In this document: one piece after another, positions 1 to 9,700 of the stretch
How the letters are laid out: each line of letters starts with the position of its first letter
How positions within the stretch are numbered: the stretch's first letter is position 1
Assembly: GCA_000092065.1 (NCBI GenBank)
Contig: CP000599.1
Direction: 5' to 3' (one strand)
DNA from: Ostreococcus lucimarinus
Lineage: Eukaryota
DNA: 64,000 nt
The notes under the pieces: generated by a model
Told to the model about the DNA's origin: nothing
Databases searched by the model: none
What the model saw: only the letters and a program-made list of their open reading frames with translations
Position numbers and translations under genes: made by a program

Positions 1-33
1 CTTTCGGAAGACATCAACGATGAGTTACAGGCG

Positions 34-2220
34 TTGACGACGACGATGGATCGCGTGGATAACTTGCGGGACGTTCTTGGTAAACTTCTCCGAGTCTTGA
101 CCGAGGAAGACGAAGACGTCGCCGGCGCCGGGACGGCTGAAGACTTGGCTTCGGCGGAGCCGTCGTACGATTTAGCCGCCACGGCTCCGAGTCACGAAGA
201 GGTGATGAAAAAGTGGAACAACGTCGCCAAAGAGTGGGTGAAACCGAACGGGGAGTTGAACACGGGCCGTGACAGCGGCGTGGCGCACGTTAGCGCGAGA
301 AATCGTAGCGGCGACGAAAAGTTTGACGATGCGCTGGACGAATCAGACGACGCGGCGCAAGTCCCAGATTGGGTGAGCAAGACGCGAGCGAACGTTGAGA
401 AAGTTACCACGGGCGCAATCAGCGATGCGGTGAGCGCGAAAGACGCGCCGGGTGGGGACGCGCCGTGGGTGCACTCGCGGGCGCGACTCGGATCGTCCAT
501 GGAATTTTCGGCGCCGGCACACTTGGGCGTAAACGTCCTTCCGAGCGATACCTTGGCAGACGTGCTCACACAAATCGTTGATCTCGTCCTGAACGTCACC
601 GAAGCTTTGGACGGCACGCGCTTTGATTTCAACGGCACGCGCTTGAACATCACCGTCGACGTGAACGAAACCGCCGCCGAAACAGCCCTCGGCCCGGACG
701 CCGCGGCGCTCGGAGAGATGCTCCAATCTGAAGTCGCCGACGCCGTGACGGCGCAACTCCGCGATAAGCGTCTCGCGTACGAGGCTTCGCTCGGGGAAAA
801 ACCAACGACGACGAAGACACCGACGCGATTCGCCGCGCTCGGTTCGAGCTGGGGATCAAACGAATGGACGGGCACCGACGCCGCCGACGCGTCTTGGGAT
901 CCGATTCGTGGCGAAGACGACGGCGTGTACGTCGACGATGCGAGCACGCGGCTCGATTGGACGATTCCTCCGGGAGGAGATTCGCGCCTGTCCTCGTCCC
1001 AACCGAACGGTGACGGGGAAGACGAAGAGCTCGCGCCAACGCCGACGCCCGCGGATGAGCACTTCCAATCCAAGAGCAAGAAGAAGATTGTCGAAGAGTT
1101 TGCCAAGGCGGAGCACAAATCCGCCGAGGCGTGGCGACAAGAAGCACTCAAGGCGCAACAAAAGCTCGAGGAAGTGGCGGCAAAGGGTATGGAAAACGAC
1201 GCGGATTTGCAAAAGAGCGCCGGCGCCGTGGAAAAGCTCAAAGGTTTAGTCAAGGAATTCAAAAAGGCTTTGCTGAAGGAGTCCACGGCGCGCGCTAAGG
1301 CCGAGCGATTACTCGAAGAAGAGACCACACGCGCGGCAGAGGAGCAAGAGGACACGGAAAAACGCGTCGTCGAGCAAGCGAAGTTGCAAATTTTAGCCGC
1401 GCGCACCGAGGCGCGCGACGCCTCCTTGGCTCGCATCAAAGCCGAGGAGGAGGCAGAGAAGGCCATTAAAGAGAAAATCGCTCTCGCCAAAGCCGCGGCC
1501 AAGGTGCAACGAAGCGCCGACGAGGCTTTGCGCAGTGTTTTGGCGGATAAGGAAGACGCTGTGGCGCAGAAAAAGTCAAAGATTGAAGAAACCGCGCCGC
1601 GGCCCGACGGGACCGTCGACGCGGTTTCCGACGACGTCCTCGACGCCGCAACTGAAGCGGCGCACGTCGATACCGACGCGACGATCACGCCGCCTGCGAA
1701 ACGTAAGCCCAAAGTCACGACTTGGGACTCGGCGTTGAAGGACATCGCGCGCGACGCGTCGGACGACGAAGACGAAGACGACGAAGAAGCGTCCGCCGGA
1801 GCGCCGAAATCGAAACCGAGCGCGCGTTCAGCCAAGAACGACGACGACGACGACGACGCGAAATCGTCGTCATCATCATCCGCGACGAAACCCGTCTTTA
1901 CCGCCACCATCGCCGTCAAATCCTACGACGTCTCCAAAAAAGACATGAAACTCCTCCGCGGAGCCTTTCTCAGCCTCTTGCGCGCCAAGGCGCCCGGCGC
2001 GTGCGACGACGCCGAACTCACCCTCACCAAACGCGTCGTCTACGACGGCTCCGTAAAAGTCGACGTTCGGTGCGCCAACGTACCGTCCGTCGACCACCTC
2101 ACCGAGGCCAACGACGCGATGAATTGGGCCTTCGTCGCCAGTCGTAAATTCCCCGACAACTTGGTCAAAATCGGTTTTCGCTCCGCGAGCGCCGACGACG
2201 TCACGTTGGATAGTCACTGA
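34..2220 (+). CDS. hypothetical acidic/lysine-rich coiled-coil protein (5' end may lie outside window)
   Basis: Long stop-free ORF of 728 aa with coding-like composition. Central K/E/A-rich heptad-like region (KAEHKSAEAWRQEALKAQQKLEE...), acidic DDDDDD tracts and a C-terminal globular-looking segment. I recognise no family. Confidence 0.5.
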   Translation: MTTTMDRVDNLRDVLGKLLRVLTEEDEDVAGAGTAEDLASAEPSYDLAATAPSHEEVMKKWNNVAKEWVKPNGELNTGRDSGVAHVSARNRSGDEKFDDALDESDDAAQVPDWVSKTRANVEKVTTGAISDAVSAKDAPGGDAPWVHSRARLGSSMEFSAPAHLGVNVLPSDTLADVLTQIVDLVLNVTEALDGTRFDFNGTRLNITVDVNETAAETALGPDAAALGEMLQSEVADAVTAQLRDKRLAYEASLGEKPTTTKTPTRFAALGSSWGSNEWTGTDAADASWDPIRGEDDGVYVDDASTRLDWTIPPGGDSRLSSSQPNGDGEDEELAPTPTPADEHFQSKSKKKIVEEFAKAEHKSAEAWRQEALKAQQKLEEVAAKGMENDADLQKSAGAVEKLKGLVKEFKKALLKESTARAKAERLLEEETTRAAEEQEDTEKRVVEQAKLQILAARTEARDASLARIKAEEEAEKAIKEKIALAKAAAKVQRSADEALRSVLADKEDAVAQKKSKIEETAPRPDGTVDAVSDDVLDAATEAAHVDTDATITPPAKRKPKVTTWDSALKDIARDASDDEDEDDEEASAGAPKSKPSARSAKNDDDDDDAKSSSSSSATKPVFTATIAVKSYDVSKKDMKLLRGAFLSLLRAKAPGACDDAELTLTKRVVYDGSVKVDVRCANVPSVDHLTEANDAMNWAFVASRKFPDNLVKIGFRSASADDVTLDSH

Positions 2221-3094
2221 AGGATCATCACCGAATGCATGGGATGATCGCCGAGTGTGAAACACGTTAGTCGTTTGTTAGATAGAGACAAACCACATCA
2301 CGCGAAACCGCGTCGCGCGCGACCGACGCGCGAGCCTCGAGTCGAATTCAAATTCCTTCGGTCCCCTCGTCAGCTCGTGACTTGAAACGACCGTTGTCGA
2401 CCGCGAGTCAACGCGCGTGAATGTAAACACGCAAACAGTCTCACATACACATACACAAGGTGCCGACCCGTATCACAGACTAAAAACCCACACAGTATGT
2501 GTATTTATACGTATAATAAAAATTAGATGGCATTTGCCAGCGCATCGCCAGCGCATCACGCCGAATGTCCGAACCTTCCATTTTATCGCGCCACACTGGT
2601 TATCTGGTAACAGGTTATAATTTCTTTGAATACGAGGCGTGTCGACCCGGTCGACGCAGACACGTCGTTTCGCGACACGTCGTTTCGCATGACGTGTCGC
2701 GCGCGCACCCGGAGACGCGCCGCATTCCTCGACGCCGAGCTCGTCGGTTTCGCGCGCGCACGCTCGAACCGCGACCGCGAAACGAAAGAATATATAATCT
2801 CTCATCATGGGTGCGTGCGCGATGCGCGATAGCGACGTCGTCGGTGCCGCGAACGAGGCGACGATCAGAGACGATTCGACGACGCATTCGAATGCGCGCG
2901 AAGCGACGCGGCGCGAAGCGACGCGGCGCGCGGTCGCGCGCGACGATCGGCGACGGCGAGTGATGGTTGGAAAAGTTTTACATCGTTTGTGGCGCGCGCG
3001 GGGGGCGTCGCGTCGTCGCGGGCGCGGAGAGGACGGACGCGGTCGAGGGGGACGACGCGACCCGCAATTCGACGAGCTGGGGCGGGTCGGTTGA

Positions 3095-4471
3095 TTGAGG
3101 GTTGAAGTGGGATTACACTGTTTACGCATACGCGCTCGGGTGACTGACGAAGACGCGAATCGCGCGCGCGCAGCTGTTGGTGATGACGTCGATATCAACT
3201 TTATGCTGACGAACACCTTCTTGGTGTTCTTCATGCAAGCCGGCTTCGCGATGTTGTGCGCCGGATCCGTGCGAAGCAAGAACACGAAGAACATTTTGAT
3301 TAAAAACGTGCTCGACGCGTGCGTCGGCGCCATCGCGTGGTTCTTGTTTGGCTACGGTTTCGCGTTCGGGGCGACGACCGGAAAGAAGGAAAACGCGTTC
3401 ATCGGTTCCGGTAACTTCGCGATGAAGGACGTCACCACTGCGAGCGAATTGGCGATGTACTTGTTCCAGTGGTCGTTCTCCGCTGCGGCGACGACGATCG
3501 TGTCTGGCTCTGTCGCCGAACGCACCAAGTTCGAGGCGTACCTCGGCTACTCTTTCTTCCTCACCGCCTTCGTGTACCCGGTCGTCGTGCACTGGACCTG
3601 GAGTGGTGGCGCGGGCTGGTTGGGCACTGGCTACACTTTGGGCGACAAGGTCGCTGACGTTGGCATGCACGACTTCGCCGGCTCTGGCGTCGTCCACATG
3701 GTTGGTGGTTTCGCTGGTTTGATGGGCGCCATGATCGTCGGTCCGCGCACCGGTCGCTTTGCTTCCGATGGTCGCGTGAACCCGATGCCGGGCCACTCCG
3801 CCCCGCTCGTCGTTCTCGGCACCTTCGTCCTCTGGCTCGGCTGGTACGGCTTCAACCCGGGCTCCGCGGGCGGCGTCGTCGACAACGCTGAAACTGTGGC
3901 CCGCTGTGCCATCACCACGACGCTCTCCGCCGCCGCTGGTGGTGTGACAGCCATGCTCTTGAACTACAAGTTGTACCACGTCTGGGACTTGATCGCCGTG
4001 TGCAACGGTGTTCTCGCGGGTCTCGTCTCCATCACCGCCGGTTGCGCCGTCACGGAACCGTGGGCCGCCCTCGTCTGCGGTTCGCTCGGCGCCCTCGTCA
4101 TTCACTTCTCCTCCAAGCTCTTGCTCAAGTTCCAAATCGACGATCCGCTCGAAGCGGCGCCGATGCACGGCTTCTGCGGCGCCTTCGGCGTTCTCTGGGT
4201 CGGTTTCATGGCCAAGAAGGAATACGCCGAGGCTCAGGGTGCCAGAGCTGGTGCGTTTTACGAAGGTGGCGGCAAGCAACTCGGCGCGCAAATCGTCGGT
4301 ATCCTCGTCATCATCGCGTGGACGTGCGGCACCATTGGTCCCTTCTTCATGTTGATGAAGAAGTTCAACTTGCTCCGCACCACCGTCGAAGAAGAGACGC
4401 TCGGCTTGGACGAATCCAAGCACGGCGGCAAGGCGTACGCGCTGGAACTCGTCGCTCCGGAACCAGCGTAA
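3095..4471 (+). CDS. AMT1: ammonium transporter, AMT1 subfamily (Amt/MEP/Rh)
   Basis: The segment DINFMLTNTFLVFFMQAGFAMLCAGSVRSKNTKNILIKNVLDACVGAIAWFLFGYGFAFG matches the AMT1 signature D.T..L.SA.LVF.MQ.GFAML.AG.VR.KNT.NI...N.LD...G...Y.LFG..FAFG. Eleven hydrophobic segments follow. An in-frame ATG lies at 3203; the true start may be 3095, 3203 or an upstream exon. Confidence 0.85.
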   Translation: MRVEVGLHCLRIRARVTDEDANRARAAVGDDVDINFMLTNTFLVFFMQAGFAMLCAGSVRSKNTKNILIKNVLDACVGAIAWFLFGYGFAFGATTGKKENAFIGSGNFAMKDVTTASELAMYLFQWSFSAAATTIVSGSVAERTKFEAYLGYSFFLTAFVYPVVVHWTWSGGAGWLGTGYTLGDKVADVGMHDFAGSGVVHMVGGFAGLMGAMIVGPRTGRFASDGRVNPMPGHSAPLVVLGTFVLWLGWYGFNPGSAGGVVDNAETVARCAITTTLSAAAGGVTAMLLNYKLYHVWDLIAVCNGVLAGLVSITAGCAVTEPWAALVCGSLGALVIHFSSKLLLKFQIDDPLEAAPMHGFCGAFGVLWVGFMAKKEYAEAQGARAGAFYEGGGKQLGAQIVGILVIIAWTCGTIGPFFMLMKKFNLLRTTVEEETLGLDESKHGGKAYALELVAPEPA

Positions 4472-4670
4472 ACGTGCGCTCCACGGGTTGAACGAACGTA
4501 TCGTCGGTCAGAAATTTTCTGAGCACGTACATCCCGCTCGTTTCTGCGAAGAAGGCGCTCGTACGCACGCGTTCGCGCGTCTCTTTTTCACTCTTAACCA
4601 TCACAAAACAGATTCACCTTCCTCTTTTGTAAAACCGATGATTACTATACCTATTATTATTACACCTCGA

Positions 4671-5798
4671 TCACCACGCGAAACGTTCGATCACGTGCGT
4701 CGGCGTCGCATCGGGATGCTCTCGCAGAACGTCCTCGAGCGCTCGAAGCTTCAACTCCGCGGCGTGAACGCCCACTCCTCGCACGAACACCGTGTCCACG
4801 CCCGCGCGCGCGCCGCCGGCGACGTCGTGCGCCAACGAGTCTCCGACGGCGACGACGCGCGATTTATCCAAATCGCCGCCGGCGGCTTTGATTTCCCACA
4901 GCAACTCTTCGTAAATGATGGACGACGGCTTCCCCATCAAACACACGTACGCCTCGCCGTCCTCGCCCGCGTGCGTGGCGTTGAATTTATCGACGTAATA
5001 TCTCGCGAGCGTCCCCGGCATGGCGACGAGCGTCTCGCCCGAAACCGTCACGAAATCCGGATTCGCGACGCACAGAGGCACCTTGGCCGCCGCCGCCCGT
5101 TCGACGAGCGCCCGCATCGTCTCCTCGTCCACGGTCTCGCACGGCTTCCCATCGCCGCGCCCGATCGCCTCCGTCCCGTGCGCCAACACGAAATCCACGC
5201 GTTCGATCGCGTTCGCGTCGCCAGCGTCGTCGGCCGACGAAACGTCCACGATTTCGATTCGCGCGTTCGTCTCCTCGCCCAGCGTAATCGCGCCGCGAGC
5301 GCTCCACGTCAAATGCGCCGCTCTCGCTCTCCTCCCCTCCGATCTCGCCCCATCGATCGCGCGTCGCAAGCGACGAAAATTATCTCCCATCGCCGTCGTC
5401 TTTTCCGTTCTCCAATCGTCCGCGTCGCGCGTCGCGAACCGCCGCGCGACTTCGCCGCTCGTCATCGCGCCGCGAAACGCCGTCGCCGAGAACCCCATCG
5501 ACGCCAACCGCGCGATCGTGCCCTCTCGACCGCGCGAGGAGTTCGACACGATGTATATCCGCTTCCCCATCGCGGCGAGCGCGTCGACGCACTCGACGGC
5601 GCCGTCGTACGGCGTCGAACCGTCGTGCAGTAGACCAAACTGGTCCAGCAGCCAAACGTCGTAGTCGTCCGCGAATCGCGACACGCGCGTCGCGCGCGTC
5701 GACGTCATCGCCGCGGAATCGCGCGAGCGACGCCGTCGCGAGCGCGCGGACGACGCGCGCGCGGTGGCGACGCGAGAGAGATTCGACGCCGTCGCCAT
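4671..5798 (-). CDS. HAD-superfamily hydrolase (subfamily IIA-like phosphatase)
   Basis: HAD motif II (RIYIVSNSSR) and motif IV (VAVGDSLAHDVAGGARAGVDTVFV) are present. Motif I is noncanonical (LLDQFGLLHDG, i.e. DxFG rather than DxDG). ATG at 5796-5798 on the minus strand. The N-terminus is S/R-rich and looks like a targeting peptide. Confidence 0.6.
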   Translation of the reverse strand: MATASNLSRVATARASSARSRRRRSRDSAAMTSTRATRVSRFADDYDVWLLDQFGLLHDGSTPYDGAVECVDALAAMGKRIYIVSNSSRGREGTIARLASMGFSATAFRGAMTSGEVARRFATRDADDWRTEKTTAMGDNFRRLRRAIDGARSEGRRARAAHLTWSARGAITLGEETNARIEIVDVSSADDAGDANAIERVDFVLAHGTEAIGRGDGKPCETVDEETMRALVERAAAAKVPLCVANPDFVTVSGETLVAMPGTLARYYVDKFNATHAGEDGEAYVCLMGKPSSIIYEELLWEIKAAGGDLDKSRVVAVGDSLAHDVAGGARAGVDTVFVRGVGVHAAELKLRALEDVLREHPDATPTHVIERFAW

Positions 5799-6031
5799 GC
5801 GCGACGAAGAGTGACGCGGCGCGACGCGCGCTCGCGGATCGCGGACGCGCGCATCACGGTATTACAGCGCGCCTAACGTGAGATTTAAACGATTTTCGCG
5901 TCGCGCGGCGCGCGGCGCGCGCGACGACCGATCGACCGATCGACGCCGCGCTCGACGCCTCGGTCGACTCGACGACTCGACGACTCGACGTCCCGACGTC
6001 CCGACCGCCGAACGCCCTTTCGCGCGCGCGC

Positions 6032-6487
6032 CTAATCCCTCAACAACTCGTCGTTTTCAGCGTCCACGATGCACGCCTCGACCTCGTCGACGTCGCCTCG
6101 CATCACCGCCGTCATGCAGTCCTCGAAGACGCGCTCGGCGCTCAGCTCCTTGAGCTTCGCCGTCCAAAACGCGTCGCCCTTCACCTCCGGTCGTCGTCGC
6201 AGCGTCTCGATCGTCGCCGTCGCGCTGACGCCGTGTTCATCGAAACCGTCCTCGCACTCGAGCAGGCACCGCTCGAGCTCGGCTTCGTCGCCGGACGCCA
6301 CCGCGTCGAGGCACGAGCGCAGCACGCGCTCGCTCGCGCGCGCCTCGGTCTCCGTCTCCGCGTCGCGATTCGCGGCGTCCGACGACGCGGCGCGGCGCGA
6401 CGCGCGGTCGCGCGTGTCGCGTTTCGCCCGCGCGGCGCGCGCGCGAATCGACGGCGCGAGCGCGACGCGAGCGCTTCGGGACATCAT
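6032..6487 (-). CDS. hypothetical small acidic protein with an internally duplicated ~27-aa Cys-containing motif
   Basis: 151-aa ORF with an R/S-rich N-terminus followed by two related segments: LRSCLDAVASGDEAELERCLLECED and FEDCMTAVMRGDVDEVEACIVDAEND. The opposite-strand ORFs here are Ser/Arg-rich junk. Weak call. Confidence 0.3.
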   Translation of the reverse strand: MMSRSARVALAPSIRARAARAKRDTRDRASRRAASSDAANRDAETETEARASERVLRSCLDAVASGDEAELERCLLECEDGFDEHGVSATATIETLRRRPEVKGDAFWTAKLKELSAERVFEDCMTAVMRGDVDEVEACIVDAENDELLRD

Positions 6488-6726
6488 CGCGATCGCCGCG
6501 CGGTCGCGCGATCGGCGGGTTTCGCGGCGTCGATTCCGCGCGCGGCGTCGCGATGCGGGACGTCGCGCGCGCGGCGTGCGTCGATGCGTTTAAACCGCGA
6601 GCGGACGCGCGCGAGCGGGGCGAATCGGCGCGAGGCGAAGAGTGCGGCGAAGAGAGACGAAGGGAGACGCGATCGGGGCGCATCGTGCTGAGTCATCCAA
6701 CTGTCGATTAAATTATTCGCGGCGAG

Positions 6727-9700
6727 CTACCGCGCGCGTAATTCGTTAATTTTAAGCGTGAGATAGGCGGTGACGTCGTCGGAGGCCGGTGGCATGGACT
6801 CGGCGATGTAGACCAAGGTGGCGATCTCGCGCGCGGTGGCGCCGGCGCCGTCTAAGACGGCGTCGAAGACGCGCTCGGCGGCGGCCAAGGATACGGCGCC
6901 GGATTTCTTCACCGAGGCGTCCGCGATCGAGAGAGCCTTGTCGTCGTATTTCGCGCCGTCGATGACGCGGTATTGCTTTGAGGCGGATTTTGTGAGACCT
7001 GATTCGATCTCTTCGCGTCTGGCGTCGATTCGCGGTTGTAAATACGTCGCCGCGGCGTCGCTGAGGACGTAGGCGTATCGACCGCCGCCGCCGGCGAGCA
7101 CCAGCGCCAAAGTCTCGAGCTCGATCTTCGTGATTCCGGCGCCGTCGAAGACGCTTTCGTAAATTTTTTCCGCGCCGGCGCGATCGATTTCGCCTCTTTC
7201 CGCCATGAAAGTGTCCGCGAGGCACAGAGCGGCGTTGTCGTACCTGACGCCGCCGACGGTGCGATAGAATCCTTGAGGCGCTTTACGCTTTTGCGCGCGC
7301 TGTTGCTGCGTCAAAGCGTTCTTTTCCGTCAAACGTGCGTCGCGCAGTCGGGAACGGAGCTCCGCAGCGAGACCCGTGGCGTCGAGACCGCGCGCTGCGC
7401 ACTCGGCGATGAGTTCGTCGCGCTTCATTTTGCTCAACGCGGTGAGCGAGGACGGTTCGAAGACGATCGCCGGGCGTTCCTCACTCGCGGCGTCAACACC
7501 CGGCGAGGAGGTTTCAGTGCTGACGATTACGGGCGTCGGCGTCGATGGTGCCGGCACCTGCGCTCCGCTCGCGCGTTCAGCCGCGGTTTCGGCTTTCGCC
7601 GCGCGTTTGGCCAGAGCCTCCGTCTTGGCTTCGGCTTCCTTGATCGCAAGCGTCGCCGATGAAAGCTTGGCTTCGAGCTCTTCCAACTGCGTCGCGAATC
7701 GAGACTCGGCTTCCGCTAAATCGCTCGCCGCACGCTCAGCGATCGTCTGCGCCTCGACCGCAAATTCTTCTTGGGCTCGCTCGCGCGCAACATCGGCGTC
7801 GTCCTCGGCAGCGGCGAGCCGCGCCTCCATGCGTGCCAAATCTGCTCGCAATTCTCGCTCGACGTCGTCATTCAACGCGCTACTCGATGCCTCAACCTTT
7901 GCTCGCGCTTCCGTTAAGTTGCGCGTCAACTCGTCGCGCTCGGCGGCGATTGCCGCGAGCGCCGCCGCAGCCGCTTCCTGTTCGCTTCTGAGCTCGCGCG
8001 CCAGTTCGCTCGCGCGATCGTCTGCTTCGGCTAGCTTTCGCTCCAACTCATCGCTCATCGAACGCAGGCGCGTCGCCTCGGAAGCTTCAGCCCTGGTGCG
8101 CTCGATTTCATCTCTCAACTCCTCCTGCTCGAGTTCAGCGATTCGAAGTTTCTCTCGCCATGCGTTTTCTGCGCGTCGCGCGTCGTCGCGCGCGGCTTCG
8201 AGTTCAGAAGCCTCGACGAGACTCGCCGTCTTCGCTTTGAGGGCTTCAAAGCGCGCGTTGGCTTCGCTCGCACGGCGCTCGGCGTCGGTGAGTTGACCTT
8301 TTAAGCTCTCGAATGCCTCCGCCGCAGACGCGGCGGAGAGTTCGCGCGCTGATCCTTCTTCGACGAGGCGCTCTATGTCGCTCACAAGGCCGTCAGATTT
8401 GCTCGTTTCCTCGACCAATCGCGCGTCGACTCGGGACTTTTCTGCACGTAAGCGCTTGATTTCGACTTCTAGTGCGGTGAAGCGCTCCTCCACTTGCGCG
8501 ACGGCTGTTCTCGCCGCCGCTACGTTTTGTTCGCTCTGCGACATGGCGTCGTCGATGGATTTCTTGGACTCGGCGTACGCACGATCGACCTCGGACTTTT
8601 CGGCAACTAATTCATCGTACTTTGCTCGAATTTCGGCAATTCGCGCTTCAGATGAATCCACCGCCGTCGCAAGCTTTGCTTCGCTCACGCGTAAAGCCTC
8701 CGCAATGCGCTCGCGTTCTTTTTCAGACGCAACGGCGTTTTCTGCCGCCTTTGCTTCCAATTCGGCGAGAGCATTACGCACGTCATTTCGCTCTTCAACC
8801 AGGCGGTCGATCTCACCTTGTCGACGCAATGCTTCGTTTGCCGCGGCGGCGTTGATAGCGTCCTTTTCAGCGCTAGAAGCCGATTTCAAACTCGAGATTT
8901 CACTCGCATACGTGCGTGCACTCTCGGAAGCGGCTTTCTCCGCCTTGTTGAGCTCGTCGGTTTTAGCTTGCAATTGCCCGCGCAAAGTTTCGCACTCGGC
9001 TCGCGATGCATCCAGCGCCGTAGAATCTACCGCATTTGCGAGTTCACGCTCAAACGCACTCTTTTCCTCAGTCAATCTCGCGACGGTTTCTTGTAACTTT
9101 GCCATATCGCTTAACCGCGCGTTTTGCTCGCCGTCGAGTCGCGACTGTGCCGCCGCCTTTTCTTCTTGAACTCGCGCGAGCGCTTGACGCAATTCGAGCG
9201 CTTGCGATTCCGCGCGAGCTTCGGCACTCTTGAGCGTCTCCAGCGCAGATTCCTTCTCTGCGCGAAGTCGCTCAATCTCGCTCTTCATTTGCTCCTTCTC
9301 CGCTCGGCTCGACTCGTTGAGCGAACGCTCCATCTGAGCAACGGAGTCTCGCATCTCTTGCAGTTGTGCTTGCGCTTGTTTAGTTTCCGCGGAAGCGGCG
9401 TCAAGGGCTCGCGACATTTTGAGCGTCGCGTACGATTGCTCGTTCGCGCTTCTCGTTTCGAGTTTCGCCTCCACCTTGGCGAGTGCCGCGCGCGCGGTCG
9501 CGGCGTCTTCCATCGCTACTTCGGCTTCGCGCTTGGCGTCGTAGAGCTCTCGCGCAGTTTTGTCTTCATCGAGCAAAGTCGCAAATTGCTTCTCCAATCT
9601 TGCTGAATTTTCAATAGCCTTCTTCGCGTCAGCTTCGAGATTCTTGATCCGCCGCTCTTCGTTGGCGTATTGATGCTCGAGTTCGCGACGACGTTGATCC

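Noticed and set aside
192-1919. Long antisense or overlapping ORFs throughout the window. Examples: 192..1919(-), 3122..4423(-), 22154..24130(+), 24114..25532(-), 27070..27936(-), 36605..37645(+), 39221..40234(+), 45744..46880(-), 46948..48501(-), 55435..56337(-).
   Set aside because: They are Arg/Ala/Ser/Pro-rich, low-complexity and lack any recognisable domain. Each lies opposite a strand with a clearly homologous gene. In ~70% GC DNA stop codons are rare in all frames, so such ORFs are expected by chance.
2230-2620. AT-rich 400-bp region upstream of the AMT1 gene, examined for a tRNA or other ncRNA.
   Set aside because: No cloverleaf-compatible segment and no GTTCGA(A/T)TC T-loop box were found. 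It is more likely the 3'-UTR of the upstream gene plus the AMT1 promoter. I found no convincing tRNA or rRNA anywhere in the window.
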